A stretch of DNA of 64,000 nucleotides from Squalus acanthias. Lineage: Eukaryota. Positions within the stretch are counted from its first letter, which is position 1, and every line of letters starts with the position of its first letter. Location: the NCBI GenBank assembly GCA_030390025.1, contig CM059432.1, positions 118,670,001 to 118,734,000 of the forward strand, in the 5' to 3' direction. Below are positions 47,710-60,979 of this stretch, piece by piece. The notes under the pieces were generated by a model. That model ran no database searches, was not told where the DNA came from, and saw nothing but the letters and a program-made list of their open reading frames with translations. A program made the position numbers and the translations under genes.

Positions 47710-49500
47710 ATATGATCACTACCACCAATATGCTCTCTCACTGATACCCTTTCCACCTGCCCAGCTTCATTCCCTAAAACTAGATCCAGAAGTGCCCCCT
47801 CTCTTGTTGGGCTTGCTACGTACTGGCTAAAAAAGTTCTCCTGAATGCATTTTAAGAATTCTGTCCCTCTTTGCCTTTCACACTAATTTTATCCCAGTTA
47901 GTATTAGGGAAGTTGAAATACCTGACTATTACTGCCCTATTTTTGCACATCTCAGAAATGTGCCTACATATTTGCTCTTCTATCTCCCTCTGACTGTTTG
48001 GGGGTCTATAATACACTCCCAGCAGTGTGATTGCCCCTTTTTTATTTTTCAGTTGAACCCATATGGCCTCGTTGGATGATCCTTCTAAGATATCCTCCCT
48101 CTTCACAGCTGTAATTGATTCTATAATCAATATTGCGACGCCCCCCTCCTCTTTTATCCCCCTCTCTATCTGGTCTGAAAACCCTATAACCAGGAATGTT
48201 GAGCTGACATTCCTGCCCTGCTTTCAGCCATGTCTCAGTAATAGCTATAATATCATACTCCCATGTGTCTATCTGTGCCCTCAGCTCATCTGCTTTATTC
48301 CCTAGACTCCTTGCATTGAATATACCATTTAGCAATGCCAAACTTCCTTGTTGTCTACTTTCTAGCCTTTGTTTCCTCTGCCTACCTAAATCGCTTACTA
48401 ATTTTCTGCCTTCCATTTCCAGCTTTGCTTCTCTCCCTTCTGAATCCATTATCAGGTTCCCATCCCCCTGCCAAGCTAGTTTAAACCCTCCCCAACAGCA
48501 CTAGCAAACCCTGCCACGAGCATATTGCTCACGGTCCTGTTGAGGTCCAACCCGTCCGGCTTGTACAGGTCCCACCTCCCCCAGAAACGGTCCCAATGCC
48601 TCAGGAATCTAAAGCCCTCCCTCCTGCACCATCTCTCCAGCCATGCATTCATCTGCTCTATCATCCTGTTTCTGTACTCACTAGCACGTGGCACCGGGAG
48701 TAATCCGGAGATTACTACCTTTGAGGTGCTGCTTTTTAATCTCTTTCCTAGCTCCCTAAACTCTGCCTGCAGGACCTCATCCCTCTTTCTACCTATGTCG
48801 TTGGTAGCGATGTGGATCACAACCTCTGGCTGTTCACCCTCCCCCCTCAGAATGTCCTGCAGTTGTTCAGTGGCATCCTTGACCCTGGCACCAGGGAGGC
48901 AACATACCATCCTGGAATCACGTCTGCAGCCGCTGAAACGCCTGCCTATTCCCCTAACTATCGAATCCCCTACCACTATTGCTCTTCCACTCTTCTTCCT
49001 CCCTACCTGTGCAGCTGAGCCACCCGTGGTGCCGTGGACTTGGCTCTGGCTGCACTCCCCAGAGGAACCATCGCCCTTACCAGTATCCAGAACTGAATAC
49101 TGGTTAGCAAGCGAGATGCACTCAGGGGACTCCTGCACTACCTGCCTGGTCCTCCTCTTATGTCTGGCAATTACCCATTCCCTCTCTGCCTTCCCAATCT
49201 TAAGCTGCGGGGTGACCACCTCTAGAAACGTGTTATCCAAGTAACTCTCAGCCTCGCGGATGCACTGCAGTGACTCCAGCCACCGCTCAAGCTCCGAAAC
49301 CCAGAGCTCGAGCTGCTGTAGCTGGCAACACTTCCCGCACATGTGGTCGTCCAGGCCATGAGAAGCGTCCAGTTTTCCCACATGGCACAGGATGTGCAAT
49401 TCATGGGACTGAGCTGCCCTGCCATGCCTCTATATGATATACTATGAACTACCTTGACAGAAATAAACTTAAAAACTGAACAAAAAACACTCACTAGCTA
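47710..49500 (-). mobile_element. CR1 5' part: ORF1 (Cys motifs, leucine-rich coil, SGNH esterase; 48476-49425, one frameshift) and start of APE endonuclease
   Basis: CTSCAMW..CGKC, VVGDSIVRG, CCLPGARV, HIATNDIG, DGLDLN; NARSLGNK..IAITETWL, YYRPPN. Confidence 0.92.
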
Positions 49501-51199
49501 CCCACCAATCAGCTCTCTCCCTCTATTAATGGTCTATGAACTACTTAGCAGAAATACACATAAAACTTTTGTGTATATGCATTAAGGACCCTGGTAAAGT
49601 TAATAACCAGTAAAGCATAGTAATCTCTTACTGCAGGATATTCCTGCTGTGCTTTAATAAAGGAGGTGAGAAGTGCAATGATTGCATGGAATGTAATTTA
49701 AGCAATTTGTTTTTCAATGCAGTTAGTAATGTTAATAAAAAAAGATAATTTTGTAACTGGAGGCAATGTGGTTATTTGTGGTCATTTTGCACTTGCATCT
49801 CTACTCAGAGTGGGAGATCACAAACGGGACAACATTTATTGAACCTGCGATTGTTCTATTGTAAATATTAACAACCTTTCTCAACCAGTTTAGGAATAAT
49901 ACAAAAGGCGCAGTCTCTAACAGAAAATGTTAGTGTTTTCAGCTCTTAAAAAATTATTTTTTGGTTCACTGTATACAAAACCCCATATAACGTACCAAGT
50001 CGTACAGCAGTGAATGTTTCAAACAACAATAATCACAACTATTTAGATACACAATACATGGCCTTCTGGCAATTTATTCATTCAAGATAATAGGCATCTC
50101 TCAATGAATTACAGTACAGTCATTCAACAGACGCTAGATGGTATTGTGATGTACAACAGTAAAGCTCAAGTACTTTATGTTCATAATATGATGTTTGAGA
50201 TCATATTACGCTCTTAAATTCACTGAAAGGTATCTGGTATTATCTGAGGGAGGGGGGGGTTATTTTTATTTTAAGCAGTGCTAGAAAATCTTCACTCTCT
50301 CATATTTTGTCACCTACCATTCGCAGACCAGGTATGGCACAGACTGGATGAGTACTTCAGTCGAGCACTTCTATAGCACCAGTGTGAATGTGTTCATTTG
50401 CTACGGACATCATTGTGGCTTCTCTGAATGAGATGACTATCTTAATGTCAACTTGTCCATAACTTTCTGCTATGAACTCATAACTACTAAAAAAATGGTC
50501 AAAAGTACCCAAATTCAATTTACTTAAGACCTAGCTGGCAGAGAGATGAAAGTTTCATCCTATCAGTCAAGCTTGAATTCAAACTAACGGCCATAGTCAA
50601 AATCCTGGAACTCCCTCCCTAACAGCACTGTGGGAGGACCTTCACCACACAGGGCTGCAGCGGTTCAAGAGGCGACTCACCACCACTATCTCAAGGGCAA
50701 TTAGGGATGGTCAATAAATGCTGGCCTTGCCAGCGATGCCAACATCCCATAAACGAATAAAAAAATAAGTTGATGACAGTAGTTTCTGGGTGAAACTAAT
50801 TTTAGCACCATGTAGAAAATGGCAGAATTTCCATTAATGTGCATTTAGGCAGTGGTAACATTGTTGAATTTTTGATATGGGTTTAATTTAGTGATGCATG
50901 GGTACTGCCAGCAAAGTAAAGACATTAATTATATCAGTTATCAAGGGGAACATCCAATTAAATAGAAGAAGACACCATTTACTGGTATTTATGCCAAGGC
51001 AGTATAAAGTCATACTTGGACCAGGATTTAATTCTACCACTGCATTAAAGTTAATTCTTTAGACTGGTAGCAGAAGACCTTACTGCAATTGCCTTTGCAG
51101 GTGTTTTTGTCAGTGGAGCAGGACAAAAGGTTGATGAAACAAAGATGCAGAACAAGAGGCAGGACCAAGCAAATAGTATAGTTTTCATAACGCAAATGC

Positions 51200-51475
51200 C
51201 TAAATATGCCAGAGAACCGTGTACTTAGAGGATGATACTTGGAGTTAAGGAACCCTCAAATGATCATTGATTCTCTGGCACCACAGCAACGAGGTGATTT
51301 TGCTGGCATTAGCCAGGCCATTGCGCAAATGTCCAATCAGAAGCTGACTGATACCCTGTTCCAGAAGACTGGGCAGATTATTATTTTCTCGAGGAATGCA
51401 GACACACAGTTGGCAAAGCGGCAAAAAATTGATGCTGTTACTACAGAACACTACATTGTGCTGATATGGAGAAAT
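51200..51475 (+). pseudogene. Ancient Harbinger transposase remnant
   Basis: GDFAGISQAIAQMSNQKLTDTLFQKTGQIIIF resembles GDLANISQFAVHCCIRQVTNALFKRRREFISF of the near-intact copy. Confidence 0.55.
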
Positions 51476-51744
51476 GAGCCCCATCATTTTCCATTGTTTG
51501 TCACTAACAGCATATGCCTTGGTGCAAGACCAAATTTTTTGGCATGCTCAGTGCTGCAATGATTATTTTATATATCTGTTATAAGGTACTAAAAGGCCAT
51601 AGTCTGTGCAAAAAATGTTCTTCTGGTGCCATTAAATATTGAACATCACAGCAGTGGAAATCTGAGAGTGTGGAATTACTACACATTGCATATCTGTAAG
51701 TCCTAACCTTCCCTTACTGAGCCCAAAGCTAGCAGAAAATGTAA

Positions 51745-54495
51745 AATGATTCCCTCTCCTCAGGAACTGTCTCCCTCCCTTTTAAAACAATTGTTATCAA
51801 CCTCCTCCTCGAAAAACCCACCCTTGACCCCTCTGTCATTGCAAACTAACGCCCCATCTACAAACTCACCTTCCTCTCCAAAGTCCTTGAACGTATTATC
51901 ACATCTTAAATCTGGGTCCATCTTTCCCATAACTCCATGCTTCAATCTCTCCAGTTAGGTTTCCACCCCTACCACAGCAATGAAATGGCCCTAATCAAAG
52001 TTGTAAACGACATCCTCTGTGAATGTGACACTGGTGCATTTTCCCTCCTTGTCTTCCTTGACCTCTGTGCAGCCTTTGACACAGTCCACTATACCATTCC
52101 CCTTCAATGCTTAGTAGGACGGCCCTCGCTTGCCTCCACTCTTAATTATCTAGAAATGGCTTCATTTCCCAACCCCGCATCATTACCTCTGGAGTCCACA
52201 AAAATCTATCCCTGGCCCCTTCTTCTTCCTCATCTACATGCTGCCCCCTGCTAACATTACCCAAAGACATGGGCTGCGATTTTGCCGGCGCTCAGCGGAC
52301 AGGATGAGTGGCGGGTCAGCTGTGAAATTTAAAATGATTGCCAGCGGGTTCCCGACCCACTGTCAAAACGTGCACACCTGCATTTCCCAATATCGGGTCT
52401 GCCAGCGCTGAGCAGACCCGACAGGCAGTGGAGGGGGATCCAATTCAAATCATTAGTGGCTTGTTTACAGCCACTTAACAATGCTTTTTTTCCCAGTTTT
52501 TTTAATTTGACAGGTTTCCCGCTGTGCCTAGACCTCATCTGTGAAGCTGAGGCGGGAGGTCAGTGGCCATTGAATCAGTCTGATGAGTTGACAGCTTCAA
52601 ATGTCAAGTAAAAGCTCCCAGCTGATTGAGACATGTTCCCTTAACCACTACCTTCTCTAAACTGCATTTCCTCAACAGATTTAGAATGCTGCAAGTCTTT
52701 ACCCAAGTCTCCATCCAGTCTGAACTCATTACCTCTCCCACCATTGACAGATCTTTTCTGTCATCTCTACTTCATCTGCCATCTATCCCATCAGCATGGG
52801 TGCATTTGCTCTCTCACCTTGGTCCTCAGAATCCCACCATTATCAGACCCAACACCAGCATCACCAGGCACACCAGCAGCACCAACACCAACCTTCTCCA
52901 CAATCATCTGATGCTTCACAGGACAGAGGGCATCAGCACCTGAACACATTGCTGCCCGGGACACCAGGGATGGCCTCACTATGGCCACATTTACTTCACT
53001 TGCTGCACACCCTGGCTGCCACATGATGCGCCAGGTTGGCACCACACTATACCAACTCATCAGCATTGCGGGGGGTACCATTATCTCTCACCATTCACTG
53101 CAATTCACTAAGCCACTTCCAAAGGTGCACACAAATCTGTCCAAGAACGCAAAGTGTTGAAAATAATGATTTCAATGTTTGACAGCACATTAACAGAAAC
53201 TTCACATGAACATTGGCTAAAACATACAATTGCCTACCCTTGTGTGTTGTTAGTTGGTATGATTGCACTAGGATGAGGGTGAGTGTGAAGGGTGGCTAGT
53301 GAGATGAGGAAGTGGTAATGTAGATAGAGAGGGATGGGTGGAGGTGCAAGATAAGTTGGTGTGAGTAAGGATGTGCAGGAGTAGAGTAGGGAAGGCAGAG
53401 TGATGGAGATATGATGAGTGGCACAGCAGGATGAAGTTGAGTGTGGCTTTGCAGTAACGTTTTGTGATCTACTGAGACAATTGAAAGGTTTGTGCCACTG
53501 CAGCCTTGTCCTCCTGACGACATCCCTGCTTGTGTCCTCCTGTGCAATGTGCAACCAGGCTGCGTTGGTCTCCTTGGGAGGTCTCTTCCACCCTTGGAAG
53601 AGAAGAGAACCTCCCTGCGTGCTGTGACTCCCTCCATAAGCAAATGGAGGGAGTCATGGGAGAGCCTGGGTGCAGCCCTGTACCTCTGTGCAGTGCTTGG
53701 TAGTGTTTGCAGCACCTCAATGGTATAGAACACTGATAGCGCAAATGTCAAAGTAAATTTGCGCATGGTCCCTTTAAGGAAACCGGCTGATGACACGTCA
53801 TCAAATGACTTCAGCAGACCCGCTTCCTTCAATTGGCCAGGAAACTCGCTGGGCGGGTTTAACAAGCCCAATCAGGGGAAAGTCATGTTGGAGGCCGGTA
53901 TGGAGACAGGAATGGGGCCAGGACCCACCTTTGATGTCGCCCGCCATGGACCCGCCGAGCTAGGGAAAATCGCAGCCATGGGGTCAGTGTCCCCATGTAT
54001 GCTGCCAAAACTCAGCTCTACCTCTCCAGCACCTCTCTCGATCCCTCCACTGTCTCTATGCTTGTCCAACACGCAGTCTTGGATGAGCCACAATTTCCAC
54101 AAGTCATTCCTGTCTTTACTGAACTACATTGGCTCCTGGTTCCCCCATTTAAAATTAAAAATGTTTATCCTCGTGTTTAAATCCCTTCATGGCCTCACCG
54201 CTCTGTTTCATTACAACCATCTCCAGCGCTACAAACCCCCTTAACATTCTGTTTCTCCTACTCTGCCCACTTGTGCATCCCCCCATCCTATTGCCCCTTC
54301 AGTAGCAGCCGTACCTTCAGCCCCATGCTTAGAATTCCCTCCCGAATCCCTCTGCCTCTCCAACTCCTGCTCCTCCTGTATGACGTTCCTTAAACCAAGC
54401 TTTTGGTCACTCCTTCTAATATCTCCTATTTTGGCTTGGCATCCATTTTGCCTGATTATATCCCTATGAAGCACCTTGCAATGTTAAAGGGAACA
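51745..54495 (+). mobile_element. Decayed L2 LINE split by a Harbinger derivative
   Basis: LLVFLDLCAAFDTV. Host reads aaagacatg|gggtcagtgtccccatgtatgctg (KHGVS..MYA) across the insertion. L2-type 3' region follows. Confidence 0.8.
52272..53977. mobile_element. Internally deleted Harbinger (both TIRs, Myb exon 1 remnant on -)
   Basis: TIR ggctgcgatttt / aaaatcgcagcc, ATG TSD. RAAPRLSHDSLHLLMEGVTARREVLF. Confidence 0.88.
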
Positions 54496-54709
54496 ATCTA
54501 TTGTTGAATCTATGAAATGAGCCTTGATTTCAGCAGAGTGAGGAGGTATAAAGAAGGAGAGAGTAAATTTCAGAGAAGCACTGACCATAACACTATCTTA
54601 GCCTATCCATTTTTTCTTCTTTTGCATATACTTTGATTCAACTGTGAGCTAAGGGAGCAGCTAACAAAGACAAAGCTTCTAGCTCTTGGTTAGACTGAAA
54701 AGAGACATG

Positions 54710-57700
54710 AATCATAGAATCGTACAGCACAAAGGAGGCCATTTGCCTCATTGTGCCTGTGCCGGCTCTCTGAAAGAGCTGCCAATTAGTCGTATGCCCC
54801 TGCTCTTACCCCATATCCGTGCAAAAATTTTCTTTTTAAGTACAGATCCATTTCCCTTTTGAAAGTTACTATTGAATCTGCTTCTACCATTCTTTCAGGC
54901 AATGCATTCCAGATCACAACAATTTGCTCAGTAAAAAAATGTCTCTTCATCTCCCTTTGGCCTTTTTTGCCAATTATTTTAAATCTGTGTCCTCTGGTTA
55001 CCGACCCTTAGAATCATAGCAATAGAAACTTACAGCACAGAAGGAGGCTATTACACCCATCGTGCCTGTGCGGGCTCTTTGAAAGAGCAGTTGTGCTCAG
55101 TCCCACACCACCGCTTTTTGTCCGTAACCCTGTAAGTTCCTCATCCTCAATAACTTGTCCACCTCCCTTTTAAAATTATTTATGGAATCAACTTCCACCA
55201 CCTTTTCTGGTAGAGCGTTCCAGATCCTGACAACTCCCTGAGTGAAATAAATTCTCATTTCCCCTCTAGATCTTTTTCCAATGATTTTGAATCTATGACC
55301 TTTGGTTATTGACCCAATCGTCAGAGGGAATAGCTTTCCTCTATCTACTCTATAAAAACCTCTTATTATCTTGAAAACCTCTATTAGGTCACTTCTTAAC
55401 CTTCTCAGTTCCAAGGAGAACAGTTCTAACTTTTCCAAACTCTCCTCATAATTCACTGGGCTCCCATCTTCTTAATAAGCCTCCTGTGTGGCACTTTGTC
55501 GAATACCTTCCGGAAGTCCATATATACAACATCTACTACACTACCTTGATCAACATTCTCTGTTACCTCATCAAAGAATTCAATCAAGTTAGTCAGACAC
55601 GATTTGCCTTTAAAAAATCCATGCTGTCTCTCCTTGATTAACCCATGCTTTTCAAAATGAATGTTTATTTTATCCCTGATAATGGTTTCCAATAACTTCC
55701 CCACCACTGATGTTAGGCTGACTGGCCTGCAATTTCCTGGTTTATCCCTCTCCCTTTTCTTGAATAGTGGTATAACATTAGCGACCCTCGAGCCCTCCGG
55801 CACTACTCCTGTATCCAATGAGGATTGAAAGATTGTGACCAATGCCTCTGCTATTTCTACCTTTGCTTCTTTTAGCAACCTAGGATGCATTCCCTCCAGA
55901 CCAGGTGACTTACCAACTTTCAGTAATGCTAATCTTTTTAGTACGTCTTCTCTATCTATTACTATCCTGTCCGTAACTTCCCTCTCCTGTTTCAGTGTAA
56001 CCTTTACATCATCCATTTCCTTTGTGAAGACAGATGCAAAGTTCTCATTTAATACTTGAAAGATGTCCTCTGTCTTTACATGAAGATTTTCCTTTGGGTC
56101 CTTAATAGGCCCAACTTTTTTCTCCAGCTAAGCACTTACACTTTATATATTTATAAAATGTTCTCAGGCTCAATTTAATGTTGTGTGCTAATCTTTTCTT
56201 GTAACCTCTCTTTGCCTCCTGTATTAACTTTTTCAGTTCCCTCCTGTACTTTCCATAATCTTCCTGTTTATTAACTGAATCTTGCTCCTGACCTTTGTCA
56301 TAAGCCTCCTTTTTCTGTTTTATTTTAACTTTTATTTCCTTTGCCATCCAGGGCGCATTAACTTTGGATATTGTACCTGTTCCCTTCTAAGGAATATGCC
56401 TAATTTGTACCTGAACTATCTCTTCCCTGAATGCCCTTCATTGCTCCGTTACTCCTTTACCCTGCAATCACCTTTCCCAATCTACCTGTGCTCGGTCCCT
56501 TCTTAAATCACTGAAATTAGCTCTTCCCAGTTGAGCATTTTTACCTTCGATATTTTCTGGTCTCTTTCCATAATTACTCTAAACTGAATCATATAGTGGT
56601 CACTGTTAGCTAAATGATCTCCGACTGTTACACACTCCAGTTACCCTACTTCACTTCCCAGAACCAGATCCAACACTGCTTCCTTCCTTGTTGGACTGGA
56701 AACATATTGATCGAGAAAGTTCCTGCACACATATCAGAAATTAATTTCCTTCCCTACCCTTAGCACTATGTTTTTCCCGGTCTATATTAGGGTAATTAAA
56801 GTCACCTAATATTACTATTCTATTTTTGTTACATGCCTTAGAAATTTGCCAACAAATTTGCTCATCTATCTCCTTCTCACTGTTTGGAGCTCTACTGGCC
56901 TTCTGCCAGTGGAAACAGTTTCTCCCTATCTACTCTATCAAAACCATTCATAATTATGAACACTTCTATTAAATCTCCGCTTAACCTTCTCTCCTCTAAG
57001 GAGAACAATCCCAGCTTCTCCAGTCTCTCCACATAACTGAATCTCCTCATCCCTGGTATCATTCTAGTAACTTTCCTCTGCACTCTCTCCAAACCCTTGA
57101 CATCCTTTTAAAATGAGGTGCCCAGAATTGAACACAATACTCTAGCTGAGATCTAACCAGTGTTTTTTTTTAAAGGTTTAGCATAACTTCCTTGCTTTTG
57201 AACTTTATGCCTTTATTTATAAAACCCAGAATCCCATATGCTTTTTTAACAGCCTTCTCAACTTGTCCTGCCACCTTCAAAAATTTGAGTAAGTGCACCC
57301 CCAGGTCTCTCTGTTCCTGCACCCCCTTAAAAATTGTACCATTTAGTTTATACTGCCTTATTTTTCTTTCCAAATTGCATCACTTTACACTTTTCTGCAT
57401 TAAATTTAATCTGCCATGTGTCTGTCCATTTCACTAGTCTTTCTCTGTCCTCCTGAAGTCTGCTACTATCCTCCTCACTGTTTACTACATTTTCATGCTT
57501 TGTGTCATCTGCAAACTTTGAAATTATGTCCCCCCCGCCATATCCAAGTCCAGGTCATATATCTAAAAGAGCAGTGGTCCTAATACCGACCCCTGGGGAA
57601 CAGCACTGCATACCTCCCTCCAGTCCGAAAAACAACTGTTCACTACTACTCTCTGCTTTCTGTCTCGCTGCCAATTTCATATCCATGCTGCCACTGCCCC

Positions 57701-59490
57701 TTTAAGCACATGATTTTCAATTTTGTTAACAAGTTAATTATGTGGCACTTTATCAAACGTCTTTTGAAAGTCCATATACACAACATGAACTGCACTACCT
57801 TCATCAACTCTCTTGGTTATTTCACTGAAGAACTCAAGCATGTTAGTCAGACACAATTTGCCTTTAACAAATCCATGGTGGCTGTCATTTCTTCCAAGTG
57901 AAAATTAATTTTGTCCCGGATTATGGTCTCTAGAAGTTTCCCCAGCACCTGTTAGGCTGACTGGCCTGTAGTTACCTGGTTTATCTATCTCTCCTTTATT
58001 GAACAGGGGTTTAACATTTGCAATCCTCCAGTCCTCTGCAACCACTCCCATATCTAAGGAGGATTGAAAGATTGTGGCCAGAGTCTCTGTTATTTCCATT
58101 CTTTCATCCCTCAGCAACCTGGGATGCATCCCATTTGGACCGGGTAACTTTACTATTTTGAGCACTGCCAACCTTTTCATTACCTCCTCTTTATCTATTT
58201 TTATCCTATCCAATTTCTCTAGCTGTTCCTCCTTTACTGCAACATGGGCAGCACCTTCTTCTTTAGTGAAGACAGATGCAAAGTATTCATTAAGAACCTC
58301 AGCCATGCCCTCTGCGTCCACAAGAAGATTTCCTTCAGGTCTTTAATTGGTCCCACCTTTCCTTTGACTATCCCTTTACTCTTTATGGCCTAGAAATTCG
58401 GGTGGTTTGCGCCACCCATTAGCGGCCTGAAATGGCAAACAAAACAGCGGCTGGCGCTCTTCCGCCAGCTGGTGGCGGGTACCACAGGGGCCGCCATTTT
58501 CGGTAGGTCGGCAGTGCTGCCATTACCTGCTATCGACGAGAATATTTTAATGAGGTGGAGTGTGACGTCAATCGGCGTTCAATGCCGAGTCACTGCCAGC
58601 TCATGCATTTTGGAGCTCTCCGCTCGCATTGCCGCCCGTGCTAAATCACGCCAGTATTTGCTGCCGCTAACAGGTCTTTCAGCAGCGTTAATGGCCATAA
58701 GGAGTTTGGCAGGACTTATGAGGATGGACACCGGAAATTCAAACACCTCCTTTGCCAAGGTTCTTCTTTTAAACTTTCATTTCTTGCCCATCAGTGGTGG
58801 CAGGGGGGTCTGGTGGGTGGGGGGGGGTTGCATTTTCTGGCAGCTTTCAGGGAGGCCTACAGCATTTGTGGGTCAGTAAATCAATGCATGAATTCCATTG
58901 CAACGAGTGAAGATGATCTGTGAAAGGATCTCTTTAATCTGCATTCATGTCATAAACAAATAAAAAAATCGACAAAAATTGGGTGGCAGCTAATATTTTT
59001 TGAGCTCGTACAGCAACTGTTCGGGTCACTCCTTTCTTCCCTCTTCCCCAACACTGTGAGCGGGAGACCAAGGCGACCTTTGGCCTCCTTCTGAGATTAG
59101 CGCTGCAAAGAGCGTGTTGCACTATCAAGTCATCGCCACGCTGATGATAATGAGCAGGCAGTACAAAAATGCCAGTACTGCCTGCGCACTCTCGGCCGGC
59201 GGCCGTTGGCCTTGGTTGCCAATGTTACTGGCAGGTTTCCAGCATTCCCCAATTTCGAAACCAGGATGTTTATAAAAGATTTTAGTGTTCAGCTTTTATG
59301 TTACCCACTAATCATTTCTCATGCATTCTCTTTGGCCCTCTTCTTTCTTTTTTCAGTTCTCAACTGTACTCTCTGTATTTAGCGTGATTTCCTACCCTAT
59401 TACTAACTTGACATTTATCAAAATGAATCCTTTTACTGTTTCATTTTATTCTCAATTTCTTTAGTTATCCAGGGAGCTCTAGCTTTGAAA
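54710..59490 (-). mobile_element. Stack of minus-strand CR1 fragments (about 54710-55010, 55010-56895, 56895-59490)
   Basis: Repeated RT and 3' motifs in ORFs 55097-55456, 55453-56016, 56892-57092, 57170-57373 and 57905-58321. Confidence 0.88.
58387..59262. mobile_element. Harbinger-type MITE nested in CR1
   Basis: Start ggcctagaaattcggg, degenerate end ccccaatttcgaaacc. CR1 resumes afterwards. Confidence 0.6.
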
Positions 59491-59683
59491 ACAAAATTTT
59501 CATTGCTCCAGTGAAGGGCACGGAGAGTTCTGATACAGCAATTGCATTCTAAGGTACCTGGAGGTTGCAAACTCTAAGGGCATGCAAGAGGAATTGTCTT
59601 TGGCATAATTTACAAGTGCTTAATTTGCTCAACACACCACAGCCCTGAAATTATATCTCGAGATACAAGTGCATAAGCACTTA

Positions 59684-60760
59684 GGCTGGAATTTTGTTCG
59701 GGGAGGCAGGTTGGGGGTGTGGGGGCCCGAGGCAGGCGGGAAACCCGGGAGGCCGGGTTTCCCACAGGCCCTGCTGATCTTAGCGGCAGGGCCTACTTTG
59801 AAAGCAAAGCCTCAGTTTCCCGCCCGCAGCCAGCCAGCTTGAGAGGGTAGGCTTCAGTTGCGAGGGATCGGTCCAGGAGAGGGATCACGGGAGGGGGTCG
59901 GGATCGGCGGGAGGGGGTTCAGGATTGAGAGGGGGGTCAGCAATCGGGAGGGGGTCGGCAATCGGGAGGGGGGCGAGCAATCGGGAGGGGGGAGAGAGGA
60001 TCCGCGGGGGGTTGGCAATTGGGAGGGGGTTGGCGATCAGGAGGGGGTCGGCAATTGGGAGGGGGGAGAGAGGATCCGCGGGGGGTTGGCAATTGGGAGG
60101 GGGTTGGCGATCAGGAGGGGGGCGAGCAATCGGGAGGGGGGAGAGAGGATCGGGGGTGGGGAGTTGCAGGATTGGCAGGGGATCGGCAGGTGATGGGGGT
60201 TGGTCAGGGATCGAGGAGGTCGGGGATCGGCAGGCAAGCAGAGATGGCGGTGGGAGGCGGTCGGCTAGGGATAGGGGCCAGGGGGGGGCAGAGGATCGGG
60301 ACCAGAGGATCGTGGCCAGCCTCATCATCATCGTTGGGGGGGGGAAGGCTTGGTGGTGGGGCTGGTAGGCCTGGAGTTTGGGGAAGAGGCCTGGGGAGGG
60401 TGATCAGAGTCCCTGTGAGGGGGTTGGTTAGGCAGGGACCCTGGATCCAGGAGGTAGGTATATAGCCACTTACCTCCTGGATGCCGCAGTCTTCGCTACT
60501 GTTTAACTGCTGAGTTTCACGAATTGTGTGAAACCCATCCACATGCAGTTAAAAACAAAATGGAGGGGAAAATAGAGGCTACCAGCCTCATTACAATATT
60601 TAAATAACGGTAACGGCCCCTGGGAGCGGATTGGCTGCCCACCTCTGGAAATACCGGTAGTGGGCAGGTTGGTGGCGGGATCAGGTCGGGATTCACATTT
60701 TTAACAATTTAACTGCCCCTCGCTCCAAACACACCCGTTTTTTCAAGGGAAAATTTCTTT
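59684..60760. mobile_element. Harbinger-type MITE with internal G-rich tandem array (~59890-60310)
   Basis: Start ggctggaatttt. Repeats of ggcaat(c/t)gggagggg. Subterminal ggcgggatcaggtc..tttaac..ctccaaac is shared with 46905-46965. Confidence 0.6.
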
Positions 60761-60979
60761 CTCCGCTAGTTTAGCTGAGGCATTAATCCCTTATAAACAG
60801 GTTAATGGCTCTGCTACAATAAGAGAAGGAGAAAAGTTCATATTCTTGTATTCCAACGTTTAATTTCAGGGCCTGCTTCTCTTTGTTGACTTTAGCATCT
60901 ACACTTAAAAACTAAAGCATTGTTTGCAAAATGAACTCATTTACATGGCACTTTTACAAGTCACTATGACTTTCCATTG

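Noticed and set aside
50300..50440. Acceptor-like cattcgcag followed by short open frames
   Set aside because: Peptides are short and unrecognised, with no upstream partner exon.
59858..60542. Gly/Arg/Pro-rich ORFs
   Set aside because: Produced by a G-rich tandem array inside a MITE.
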